From the IMG/VR virus record IMGVR_UViG_3300005529_000044, positions 1-56,061 of that record: DNA of 56,061 nt; one strand, written 5' to 3'. The notes under the pieces were generated by a model that was given only the letters and a program-made list of their open reading frames with translations, was not told where the DNA came from and searched no databases. This document shows, piece by piece, positions 17,625 through 26,032 of the stretch. The DNA comes from a virus. Taxonomy: Duplodnaviria; Caudoviricetes. Within the stretch, counting starts at the first letter, position 1, and each line of letters opens with the position of its first letter. A program made the position numbers and the translations under genes.

Positions 17625-18079
17625 TCGCGTTTACTCAGTCCGAAATATAACACGGCGTGGAGCTTTTGTTTTTTGCGCCAGGAATCTGGATCGCGGCCCC
17701 ATTGGCTGAAGCCCGCGGCGATCGCGAGTTTGCGCGCCAGGCGATTGTACTCAGGCACCGCCGTAACGATGCGTTCGCACGATGTGTTGTCGAACGTCCA
17801 CCGTGCCATCTCCCGCGCCGCCGTCACAGCCCGCGCGCCCCAGGCGTTCGGCAAAAGGCATGTGTGCGCTTCCCAGGTCACGCTGTTCTTCGGGCGAAAC
17901 TCAAACAGCCCCAGCAGTTCGGAGCCGTCCCACACCAGCATGTAATGAATCTCGGGATGGTCCACCGGTTGAAATTGCGCCGCGGGCGGCATGCCGTCGT
18001 CGCCGAGCCAGGGGTAAATTTTGGGGTGCGTGATGATCTGGCGGATCAGTGCCACGTCTGTAGACCGCTCGAATCTCAC
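17612..18079 (-). CDS. GNAT-fold acetyltransferase-like protein (DUF2824-like)
   Basis: WEAHTCLLP..WG and VPEYNRLARKLA..AGF motifs; conserved position just upstream of the ejection genes. Confidence 0.8.
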   Translation of the reverse strand: MRFERSTDVALIRQIITHPKIYPWLGDDGMPPAAQFQPVDHPEIHYMLVWDGSELLGLFEFRPKNSVTWEAHTCLLPNAWGARAVTAAREMARWTFDNTSCERIVTAVPEYNRLARKLAIAAGFSQWGRDPDSWRKKQKLHAVLYFGLSKRECRP

Positions 18080-19779
18080 GCCAGCACCGGTTGCCCGCTC
18101 ACGCTTGAGCTGGCCGGGTCCTTCAAAAAATGTCCGGCCCCGCCGCCACCGAGCAGATGATTGTTCCAGATCTTATTGACCGCGGCGGCGGTCCAGCCCG
18201 CGCCGGTCTCCTCGATACAATAATGGCCTCCGCCGTACTCGATCGTGTTTCCCTCGATGCGGTTGTCAAGGCAGAGCAGCTCGTTGCCCGCCCCGCCGGC
18301 GGCTGAGAAAAGCTGGATCGGCGCGGCCGAAGCATCCGCCCGGTGATAGATGGTGTTCTGGGCGCACCGGCATTGCTTGGAATATCCCATCACGATGGCG
18401 CTCACCCCGAAGTTCACCAGCGTATTGTCGAGGAAGGCGAGCAGGACGCTCCCGCCGTTCTGCTGCGAGTTGCCGGCGTTGATGCCGGTCGATGTGTTCA
18501 CGCCGTTCTGGTTCGGACCGAATAACCCGCAGCGGTCGGTTACATAGTCGCTGTCGCCTGGCTCCGGATTCTGGCCGACGTTTGAATGGATGGTCGCCTT
18601 GCGGTGGCCGTCGGTGTCGATGAAACTGCCATTCATCGACATCCCGACGTTTTTCGAATACTCGATGTTTTCTGAAAATCCTCCGTCGATGGCGGTCGCA
18701 AACAGACCGGCCAGATACTTGGGCTCGGCCTGGTCGACGTCGGTCTGGGTCATATAGCCCACGCGGTGGAGCTTGTTGCCGATCGCCGAGCCGACGCGGA
18801 CGTTGCCGACCAGAATCCCATCGAGGCCGATGTCCTCGAAATCGTTGAAGTCGCAGTGAACGCGCACATGCCGCGCATCGAAGCCCATGGTGTGACCCCA
18901 GAGGCAGTTGCCGGTCACGCGGCGCCAGTGGCAGCCGCTGACTTTGAGGCCCTTGACGGATGAGAGCTTGCCCTGCGCCGCCCGCCCATCCATTCTCCAG
19001 AACAGGCCTCCGGTCCAGGAGCCGTAGGTCTTGTCGGCCGGGTTGGTGCCAAAGCGGTGCGGACGGTTGTTTTTGAACCACCAGTCGAGCACCTCGGCAT
19101 CGGAGATATCGGCCGTGTCGGCGTCAAATAAAATTGCATAGCCGCCGGTGTGCTCGATCCATCCGGCGCGAAAGCGGATCCCGGAGCAGCCCGGATGCAC
19201 CCAGATGCTCGTGTTGGCGGTGAGCAAGGCGTGCATCGGATCGGATCCGAAGTCGGTGTAGAGCAGATCGGTCGCCACAGTGGTTGCGCCGTCGATGCGC
19301 AGATTCTCGAAAGCCACGTTCTGGACGTTGGTCAGGTTGAACAGCCCGCGGCCCGCCGGTAGTGCGCCGCCACGCCTAAAAGCGGAATTGTATCCCAGGC
19401 CGAGGATCGACACGTTCGAGGGCACGTCCACGTCAAGAATGTCATAGGGCTGCTCCTGCGGCGGAACCCATAGCACGCCTCCGCCTTGGCCGGTGATCCA
19501 GTCGAAAGCGGCCTTGAGGTTGCGCGTGTTGGCATCGGCGGCGCTGCCGGCCACCAGGCCAAAGTCGCGAACGTCGGCCAGCAGCGGCGGGAACTTGTCG
19601 CGGAGCGCCGCCATCGCGCTGGTGATCAGGCCATACCACTTTTGCCAGTCGGCCGAAAACGCCGCCTGCTGCAGATACTTGTCGAACTCCGGACTGCCGC
19701 TGCGGTTTAGGCCCGGAAAGCGGCTTGCGCCGAAAATCGGCGAACGTAGCGGCGCGGGATCGGCCGGAAGCTGGATCAA
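18076..19779 (-). CDS. Tailspike/depolymerase with right-handed beta-helix (pectate-lyase-3-like); no signal peptide
   Basis: TTG start overlaps the gp10-like stop. DVRDFG....AD.NT...KAAFD...GGGVLWVP motif followed by Asn/Gly-rich rungs. Confidence 0.82.
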   Translation of the reverse strand: MIQLPADPAPLRSPIFGASRFPGLNRSGSPEFDKYLQQAAFSADWQKWYGLITSAMAALRDKFPPLLADVRDFGLVAGSAADANTRNLKAAFDWITGQGGGVLWVPPQEQPYDILDVDVPSNVSILGLGYNSAFRRGGALPAGRGLFNLTNVQNVAFENLRIDGATTVATDLLYTDFGSDPMHALLTANTSIWVHPGCSGIRFRAGWIEHTGGYAILFDADTADISDAEVLDWWFKNNRPHRFGTNPADKTYGSWTGGLFWRMDGRAAQGKLSSVKGLKVSGCHWRRVTGNCLWGHTMGFDARHVRVHCDFNDFEDIGLDGILVGNVRVGSAIGNKLHRVGYMTQTDVDQAEPKYLAGLFATAIDGGFSENIEYSKNVGMSMNGSFIDTDGHRKATIHSNVGQNPEPGDSDYVTDRCGLFGPNQNGVNTSTGINAGNSQQNGGSVLLAFLDNTLVNFGVSAIVMGYSKQCRCAQNTIYHRADASAAPIQLFSAAGGAGNELLCLDNRIEGNTIEYGGGHYCIEETGAGWTAAAVNKIWNNHLLGGGGAGHFLKDPASSSVSGQPVLA

Positions 19780-21179
19780 GCGACCTCCGCATAGCCGTCG
19801 ATGAGCGTTGCCCTGCAGGGATCGCTCACGGTGAACTCGTAGACGCGATCGCGCGCGCGGCCCAGGCGATGCCAGTGCACGCGGGTGCGATACTCGCCCA
19901 GCCGGCCCAAAGAACGCTGGTGCTCGTTGCCCCACGTTTTCCCGCCGTCGTTCGACATGCGCATCACGATCTTTGGATCGTAGCCGGGCTGATCGGCCGC
20001 CACGTCCAGACCGACGCCGCGTTCGACTTCCACCTCGAGTTCCCGGTGGCTCAGAAACTTGTTTTCGCGCGAGATGTGCGGTGTGATCCGCATCCGTCGC
20101 AGCGGCGCGCCGGCGTCGTCCAAAAATTCGGGGCTTTGCTGGTAGATTTTGCCCGAGGCGAAGTCTCCGACAAAATGCTTGTTCCACACAAAAGCGTGGC
20201 AGCGCGCGCGATCGAGCTGATAGCGGCCCCGTTGCGGCGACCACAGGCCCCGCTCGTGCCAGGCGATCTCGCGCGGCAGCAGCGCATCGTATACGAAACT
20301 GCGCTCGGCCGAAGGAAAGTGGCAGACGAGGAAGAAGTGGCCGTGATCCTCGTAGGAGAAAAATTCCGCGTCATCCAGGCGCGCGAAGCTCGCAATCGCG
20401 TCCTCGATGGCGTGGTTGCTGATCCGCACCGGCTGGTACCCGTCGGCGCGCCAGACCACACTCTGGCCGCGCGCTGTCGATCCCAGCCAGGCTGGCCCGG
20501 TCGGCAGAATCGCAATCGCCCAGGGCGAGGCCACGCCCTGTTCGATAAAGGCGGCATCGATGCGCTCAAACGGAAACAGCGCCGCCCCGGTGTCCTGATG
20601 CACTTCAATCGAGTCGAACCCGAAGATCCAGAGCAGCCGGTGATCGGCGAGCAGCGCAGCGATGTAGTCCGGATAGCCTTCCTTGTCCGCCACGTCGAGC
20701 GGATCCCAGGCCGCGCCATCGAGCGAAATCCGGTATTGCTTCGAATTCGGAGTCGAGGCGATATAGTAGCCATCGATAAAGGTCCCCGTCGAAGCCGGCA
20801 CGACCGGCACCACCACCACGCCGTTGGCGAGATAGCCCTGCCCCTCGCTCGTGATGAAGATCGAATTGCCGTTGAGCACCATGCGCACCGGATTCGGCCC
20901 ATTGCCCACGTCGCCCAGGACAGTGAAACTGCCGTCCTCGAAGACTTCACACAGCTTGGCGCCGGCCACGGCGAACAGCCGCTTGTTGCCGGCGAGCAAG
21001 CCGCGCACCGGCTGGTCCGGCAGCGTGCACAAAAGCTTGCGTCCGGGCGTCGGGACGAGCCGGATGGAGCTTTTGCCTGCCGGAGCTTCGACCAGTTCGG
21101 GATACCAGTTGACCGTGCGTTCTCCATCCGCAGCCTTGGCTTCGAGCTCGTAGGTTCCGCCGATGATCGGGATTCTCAA
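19776..21179 (-). CDS. P22 gp10-like packaged-DNA stabilisation / tail hub protein
   Basis: TTG start after GGAGG. TVNWYPE...L.PTPG, DGYYI, RISNHAIE, SNDGGKTW and GEYRTRV.W.RLG.ARDRV motifs. Confidence 0.9.
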   Translation of the reverse strand: MRIPIIGGTYELEAKAADGERTVNWYPELVEAPAGKSSIRLVPTPGRKLLCTLPDQPVRGLLAGNKRLFAVAGAKLCEVFEDGSFTVLGDVGNGPNPVRMVLNGNSIFITSEGQGYLANGVVVVPVVPASTGTFIDGYYIASTPNSKQYRISLDGAAWDPLDVADKEGYPDYIAALLADHRLLWIFGFDSIEVHQDTGAALFPFERIDAAFIEQGVASPWAIAILPTGPAWLGSTARGQSVVWRADGYQPVRISNHAIEDAIASFARLDDAEFFSYEDHGHFFLVCHFPSAERSFVYDALLPREIAWHERGLWSPQRGRYQLDRARCHAFVWNKHFVGDFASGKIYQQSPEFLDDAGAPLRRMRITPHISRENKFLSHRELEVEVERGVGLDVAADQPGYDPKIVMRMSNDGGKTWGNEHQRSLGRLGEYRTRVHWHRLGRARDRVYEFTVSDPCRATLIDGYAEVA

Positions 21180-21373
21180 TTGAGGCCCAGCCTCCAGTTG
21201 ATTTCCTGATTCGTTTCGTCCAGCTCGATAAACAGACGCGCGTATGGTTCCTGGATCTGTTGGCCGCACCCGGCGCAATGCACCGGGCCGCAGTGCGTAA
21301 CCTTCATCGAAACCAGATGGCTCGCGCGGATCTGCCCTGTTGCCCGGATTTCTCGCGGCTTGAACTCTTCCAT
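21176..21373 (-). CDS. Small hypothetical protein with CxxC
   Basis: Tightly coupled to both neighbours; HCAGCG. Confidence 0.55.
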   Translation of the reverse strand: MEEFKPREIRATGQIRASHLVSMKVTHCGPVHCAGCGQQIQEPYARLFIELDETNQEINWRLGLN

Positions 21374-21375
21374 GG

Positions 21376-22140
21376 CTACCGATAGCTCCCCAGGCGCACG
21401 TCGAACCGGTTGTGCCGGCCGTAGCGGAACCGCGTGTAGCCGACGTCGTTGATGAGTGTGGTGCGATTTGCCGCCGCGTTCTTGGCCTTGATGACCGCCT
21501 TGGCGCGTTTCGCTTCCTCGACGACGTAGGGCTGCAATTGCGATTTGGGGTAGAGCACGGCCAGCTCGAGCGCCAGATTGTATTCAAGGGCGTGCTGGTA
21601 GCCGGGCATCAGCCGGATGGCTGCGTTTGGATCCGCAAACTGCTGGACCGATTCCGGGAAATAGAGCGCCACGGTATTGACCGTCGTCGGGATCGGCCAG
21701 GGCGTGATGACGCCCAGGTCCGCCTCGGGGCGGTAGTAGAGCGCCAGCGGCTCAGATGCGAGCTCGCTGTTGTTCATGATGCCCGAGTACTCTTCGGGTG
21801 TGGTGACCCACAGCGGAACCTCGATCGATTGCGTGTTGGGCAGGATGAGCCCGGCGCGCAGCAGATCGACGGGCGGGCCGCCTGCGGTCACCCAGTCGGG
21901 GTTATCCGCCTGGTCGCCGATCGTGTACGACGGCTTGTTCGGCGTCAAGGGAAACGTCGCGCGGTTTTCGGCCCATACGAGCAGCTCTTCCAGTTTCCAG
22001 GAATCGATCAGAGAATTGAGCGTCTGGACGTCCTCGATTGCGAGCGAGTTCGTATTGGTCGGCTGATGGTACTTCCGGCCCGGAGCAGTGGTGATTCGCG
22101 CCAGGCGGCGGGCCTTCATCGCGATGTCGAGCGGCGTCAC
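21376..22140 (-). CDS. P22 gp4-like head-tail adaptor, paralogue 2
   Basis: LNSLIDSW, YTIG, WPIP, PGYQHALEYNLALELA. Confidence 0.82.
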   Translation of the reverse strand: MTPLDIAMKARRLARITTAPGRKYHQPTNTNSLAIEDVQTLNSLIDSWKLEELLVWAENRATFPLTPNKPSYTIGDQADNPDWVTAGGPPVDLLRAGLILPNTQSIEVPLWVTTPEEYSGIMNNSELASEPLALYYRPEADLGVITPWPIPTTVNTVALYFPESVQQFADPNAAIRLMPGYQHALEYNLALELAVLYPKSQLQPYVVEEAKRAKAVIKAKNAAANRTTLINDVGYTRFRYGRHNRFDVRLGSYR

Positions 22141-22149
22141 GGGAATTCT

Positions 22150-22911
22150 CTATTGGCCTGGCGCTGCGGCGCCCTGGGCTCCGCCCATCGGCACGCCCTG
22201 CGACGGTCCGTTGAGCGTCTGCGAGGCGGCGAGCGCTCCGATCGCTTGCAGGTTCGCGTTTTGCAGGAGCTGCTTGGCGTCTTTGGCGATTGCGATGAGC
22301 GCGCCCGCGCGATTCTGGTCAAGCTCGCCTGAGGGAAAGGACGGAAGCAGCTCGATTGCGAGCGCGGCGCGGATCGCCCGTTCGTAGCCCGCCGGGAACA
22401 GAAATGGATCCGTCACTAGGGCGAACTGCGCCAGCACTTCCCAGCCGAAGACCTCAAGCAGCGGCGCTGTGATCGGGATCGGATGAACGTGGACCGCCGA
22501 ACGGCCGTCGGCTGTCAGGAAATCGGTGTCGAGGTAGACCTTGTCGGGAGCGAGCTGCGTCGCAGCCAAGTCACGGATCGCCGCCCACTGCTTCGAAGTC
22601 AGGATCGAGACTTCGCTCCGGAACCCCTGCGTCCCCTGAAGAATGCAAGCGGCCGTTTCCCACAGGATCGGGCGCGGCACGTTGAAGTCGGCCGCGTTCG
22701 GCCCGATCTCATAATCCTGCTTGTTCGCCTGGAGCTGGAGCGTGCGGCGCTTCTTGGTGTAGAGGTTGGTTCCGTCGAGACTCCAGCTTGCTAAAAGCGC
22801 GTTCAGCCGGTTGAGGCCGACAGCGAGATCCTCGGGCGCGCTCTCTTCGCCCGCGGCGACGACTGTGATGTCCTGGAGCGCGCCGGTTATGATATCGCCC
22901 ACGGAGGGCAT
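22150..22911 (-). CDS. P22 gp4-like head-tail adaptor, paralogue 1
   Basis: DIITGALQDI.V.A.GE, LNALLASW, YEIG, HPIP, PAGYERAIRAALAIEL. Confidence 0.85.
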   Translation of the reverse strand: MPSVGDIITGALQDITVVAAGEESAPEDLAVGLNRLNALLASWSLDGTNLYTKKRRTLQLQANKQDYEIGPNAADFNVPRPILWETAACILQGTQGFRSEVSILTSKQWAAIRDLAATQLAPDKVYLDTDFLTADGRSAVHVHPIPITAPLLEVFGWEVLAQFALVTDPFLFPAGYERAIRAALAIELLPSFPSGELDQNRAGALIAIAKDAKQLLQNANLQAIGALAASQTLNGPSQGVPMGGAQGAAAPGQ

Positions 22912-22914
22912 GGG

Positions 22915-23469
22915 CTACTTCTCCTTCTTGGCGGCCTTCTGAGCTTCCTTCAGTCTGGCCTCGAGCGCGGCGTGCGCGGTGCGGAGCTCGTCGAGTTCGG
23001 CCCCCTGCTCCTGGTGTGCCTGCTGGAGCTTGTCGTGCTCCGCCTGGAGCGCGGCATGGTCGGCCTGGAGTTGCGCGTGCTGTTCCGACAGCTCTTTCCA
23101 GGACTTGTCGAACTGTGCAGCCTGTTCGGCAAGCGCAGGTGACTTCGCCGAGCCAGAGGCCAGTCGTTCATCGGCGATCTCGGGTTCGTTCGCCCAGGCT
23201 TCGACCTGGCGCTCGTGCTCCTCGGCATCCTTGACGATTTTGGTCTGGCCGCGCGGCCCCGTCAGGAATTTCGGGTACTCCTGCTTGACCGGGCGCGGCC
23301 TGCTGTTGGGCGGCGATCCCGGCACTTCCGCGACGTCGGCCTTGGGCACGGCCTCGATCTTGTCGCCATGCTGGGCGTACAGCTTGGTATGCTCGATCCG
23401 GTCCTGGACCAGCCGGGCTGTGCCATCCGGCATCGTGAGCCATTTCGGATAGTGGTGGAACGTTCCCAT
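22915..23469 (-). CDS. Head-completion-region protein with two YPK(W/F)LT.P.G motifs and a coiled coil
   Basis: HYPKWLTMPDG and EYPKFLTGPRG; heptad-repeat C-terminus. Confidence 0.7.
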   Translation of the reverse strand: MGTFHHYPKWLTMPDGTARLVQDRIEHTKLYAQHGDKIEAVPKADVAEVPGSPPNSRPRPVKQEYPKFLTGPRGQTKIVKDAEEHERQVEAWANEPEIADERLASGSAKSPALAEQAAQFDKSWKELSEQHAQLQADHAALQAEHDKLQQAHQEQGAELDELRTAHAALEARLKEAQKAAKKEK

Positions 23470-23487
23470 TTTGAGTTCCTTTCCTCG

Positions 23488-23907
23488 CTAGTTCCGCTCA
23501 TCGTAGGACACGATGATCTTATCGCCCGTATTCGAACCGCCAACCCAGAAGCGCTGAAGATCGATGCCGCCATTGGTCGCAGCCGTCGTTCCCGGGCCGC
23601 CGTCGGTGTAGGTGCCGCCGGGAGCGGTCGCCGTCGCCGGGGCGAGCTCGGCGGTGAGCTGGCCGGAAACGGTTGGATCCGGGGTAACTCCCACCGGAAT
23701 ACCGTCCATCACGTAGCCGCGGCCGGTGCCGCCCGTTACCATCTGCACGAAGATCCGGTTGGCAATCTTCGGCTGCGCCGAAATCTGGACGGGCGTCCCG
23801 GCAGTGATGGTGATCGTGATATTGACACGCCGCGCAAAGCCCGGTGCTGCGCAAATACAAAGGGCCGCCGCGAGCGCAAGCAGGCGGCGGCCGGTCACTC
23901 CGAACAT
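23488..23907 (-). CDS. Signal-peptide-bearing small beta protein, putative capsid decoration
   Basis: MFGVTGRRLLALAAALCICAAPGFA|RRV; second gene after the coat gene; start uncertain (23898-23922). Confidence 0.65.
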   Translation of the reverse strand: MFGVTGRRLLALAAALCICAAPGFARRVNITITITAGTPVQISAQPKIANRIFVQMVTGGTGRGYVMDGIPVGVTPDPTVSGQLTAELAPATATAPGGTYTDGGPGTTAATNGGIDLQRFWVGGSNTGDKIIVSYDERN

Positions 23908-23936
23908 AGGACGGAACTCCATCGTTTTTGAGGAAG

Positions 23937-24659
23937 CTAGTACGACGGATTCCACTTCGTGCCGTCCCAGCATTCAAGAAGCGCCTTGTTGACGACCGAA
24001 GTGGTAGCGAGCGAAATGTTGCCGCTCGTTCCGGTGCTGCCCAGACCGTCAGGAATCAGCACCAGGCAGCCGCCGGGTTGCCAGCCGGCTGGCACGGTGA
24101 TCGTATTGACCGCCGTGGTGCCGGTGACATGGAACATCGTGCCGGTGGCCGCGATGGTCGAAGCCGAGGCGACGGCCGAACCGAGCACGGCACCCGGCGC
24201 TCCTCCGACGCCTGAGGCGGTGAGCACGAACTGCCCGCCCAGGCAATCGTACTTATTCCCGCTCGGGAACACGATCACCGGGACGTACGCCAGATTGCCG
24301 CGCGTGCAACTTCCCGAAGGTTCGGCGCGGTTGATGTTGCTGGTAAATGCCGCTGGGAAGCCCCGGTACACGGTCGCGCCGGATAGATGGCCGGCGGCGG
24401 CTGTCCCGTTGCGCCCGCGGTTCACGGTTACGGTGGTGCCACTCACGGTCAGGACCTGCATCAACTCGCGGTCGATCAGCAGCAGGACCTGCGACTGGGC
24501 GGTTTGCGAGGTGATGCCGGTGGCCGAGGCGACGGCGAAGGTAGTTTGGCTCGCCGTGATCGCGGCCGACAAGGTCGTTGTGCCGATCGCGGTTTGGCCC
24601 GAGACAAGGCCTACTGCCAGCAGCAGCGCGGCCAGGATGGTCATCAGTTTCGATTTCAT
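23937..24659 (-). CDS. Signal-peptide-bearing putative capsid decoration/head-fibre protein
   Basis: AGGAGG RBS; MKSKLMTILAALLLAVGLVSG|QT. TTLSAAI...IDRELM.V..V.G..VTV.RG..GT.AA.H..GA.V motif seen in phage structural proteins; immediately after the coat gene. Confidence 0.75.
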   Translation of the reverse strand: MKSKLMTILAALLLAVGLVSGQTAIGTTTLSAAITASQTTFAVASATGITSQTAQSQVLLLIDRELMQVLTVSGTTVTVNRGRNGTAAAGHLSGATVYRGFPAAFTSNINRAEPSGSCTRGNLAYVPVIVFPSGNKYDCLGGQFVLTASGVGGAPGAVLGSAVASASTIAATGTMFHVTGTTAVNTITVPAGWQPGGCLVLIPDGLGSTGTSGNISLATTSVVNKALLECWDGTKWNPSY

Positions 24660-24696
24660 GGTCTTCAAATCCTCCTGTGTTCCTCGTGTTCCCCAC

Positions 24697-25953
24697 TTAG
24701 GCCGCGATCCGGACGCACCACTCCGGACGGAGCACCGCCTCGCCGTGGAGGATCTCCAGGCGGGTCTTGTAGCTGCCGTCGTTGATGTCCCAGTCCCGCG
24801 TGTAGCGCATCGAGATACCGGTTTCCCTATCGGCGATCGAGCTCGCTTCATCCAACCCGTTCGGTTTTTCGAGGAAGCCCATCACGAGCGTGAGCGCGTC
24901 GCGGTGGAACGCGAGGCCCTGCGGGCTGTCCACGTCCGTGATTGTGGCGAAGTTCGCCGTGCCGACGTTGAACACCAGCACGGGAGCGTTGTCGGCGGGA
25001 GCCGCGGTCACGGTCTGGTAGGCGCCGTCTACGATGATCGGCGGCGAAACCGGAATGGCCATGGCGCCACCACCGTCGGCCACCTGGTCGACCAGGACGA
25101 CGAAGTCCTGCAAGCGCCGGGTGTTCTGGCGCGACAGCGGATTCACCGCGTTGACGCCGGTGAACTGGATCACATCCCCACGCTTGAGCGTCGAGGTCCC
25201 TGCGGTCCAGCCGTCGGTGTTGACGGTCTGGGTCCAGTTGCCGTCGGCATCCTGCGTCGCGATCTGATTGGCGCCGTTGACGAGCGGGTTGCCGGTCACG
25301 TGGCCCACCGTGTGCACCGCGATGTTCTGGCTCATGAACCAGTCAAAGCCCGAGGCGCGGTACATCTCGCCCTCTTCATACTGCTTGGCGATGGTCGGCT
25401 GGGGATTAAAGAGGGTCTGCAACGCCGGAACGATGATTTCTTCCATCTCCGGGTTGTAGACCATCGAGCGGCGCATGTCCGGCGGAGCCGAGGAATCGTG
25501 CAGGACGCGCTTGGCCTTCATGTAGGTGGCAAGCGAGTTGGGCGTCGTGCCAGGCGTGCCCACGCACTGGTAGACGTCCTTGTACAGGTTGCACAGTGCG
25601 CGATCGACGTCGTTGCCGAGCTGGGTGGCCTGCGGCCCGATGATGTCTTCGCGGAGCCGCTCGATTGAGAGCTGGAGATCGATATCGTCGATCTGCAAGC
25701 CGATGTTGAGCGGGTGGTTCAGCCGGACGGGGACCGTCGACTGAAAAATGTCCTGGATATTCAACGCCCGCTGTTCCCTCGAAATGAAGCGTTGCGGGCG
25801 GCGCACCATAATGACGTCGCCGATCTTATTCCCCTCTTTCCCAAACTTCGAGTCGTAGGAACGGTTGACCTGGCGCACCATCTTGGTGCTGTTGATGAAT
25901 TCCGCCATGGCCGCCAGGTTTACGGCGGTCGGCGTAATAATGCGATTCGCCAT
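24697..25953 (-). CDS. Major capsid protein, P22 coat family
   Basis: MAN.IIT, NRSYD..F...G.KIGD.I.VR.P, GF..FMSQN, LAFHRDA and R.EILHG...LRPEW motifs. Confidence 0.95.
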   Translation of the reverse strand: MANRIITPTAVNLAAMAEFINSTKMVRQVNRSYDSKFGKEGNKIGDVIMVRRPQRFISREQRALNIQDIFQSTVPVRLNHPLNIGLQIDDIDLQLSIERLREDIIGPQATQLGNDVDRALCNLYKDVYQCVGTPGTTPNSLATYMKAKRVLHDSSAPPDMRRSMVYNPEMEEIIVPALQTLFNPQPTIAKQYEEGEMYRASGFDWFMSQNIAVHTVGHVTGNPLVNGANQIATQDADGNWTQTVNTDGWTAGTSTLKRGDVIQFTGVNAVNPLSRQNTRRLQDFVVLVDQVADGGGAMAIPVSPPIIVDGAYQTVTAAPADNAPVLVFNVGTANFATITDVDSPQGLAFHRDALTLVMGFLEKPNGLDEASSIADRETGISMRYTRDWDINDGSYKTRLEILHGEAVLRPEWCVRIAA

Positions 25954-25966
25954 CGATCTGCTCCCT

Positions 25967-26020
25967 CTGCCTCACGGCAGTGGTGCTGAGCGCGTCTCCC
26001 GACGGGCCCAGGCTACTCAG
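25967..26020 (-). promoter_or_regulatory. Structured RNA element upstream of the coat RBS
   Basis: On the mRNA: CUGAG/CUCAG stem enclosing CGUC-GGGA-GACG, then CUGCC-GUGA-GGCAG. Both loops are GNRA. Confidence 0.5.
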
Positions 26021-26032
26021 ATTCGTCCCGGT

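Noticed and set aside
19780-21587. Long N-terminal extensions in the ORF track (starts 20244 and 21587; likewise 3479, 7831, 24851, 53735)
   Set aside because: They overlap upstream genes; coupled or RBS-supported downstream starts fit better.
19725-25668. Long plus-strand ORFs (19725..21209, 21412..22332, 23959..25668)
   Set aside because: Antisense shadows of clear structural genes in GC-rich DNA, with no motifs.
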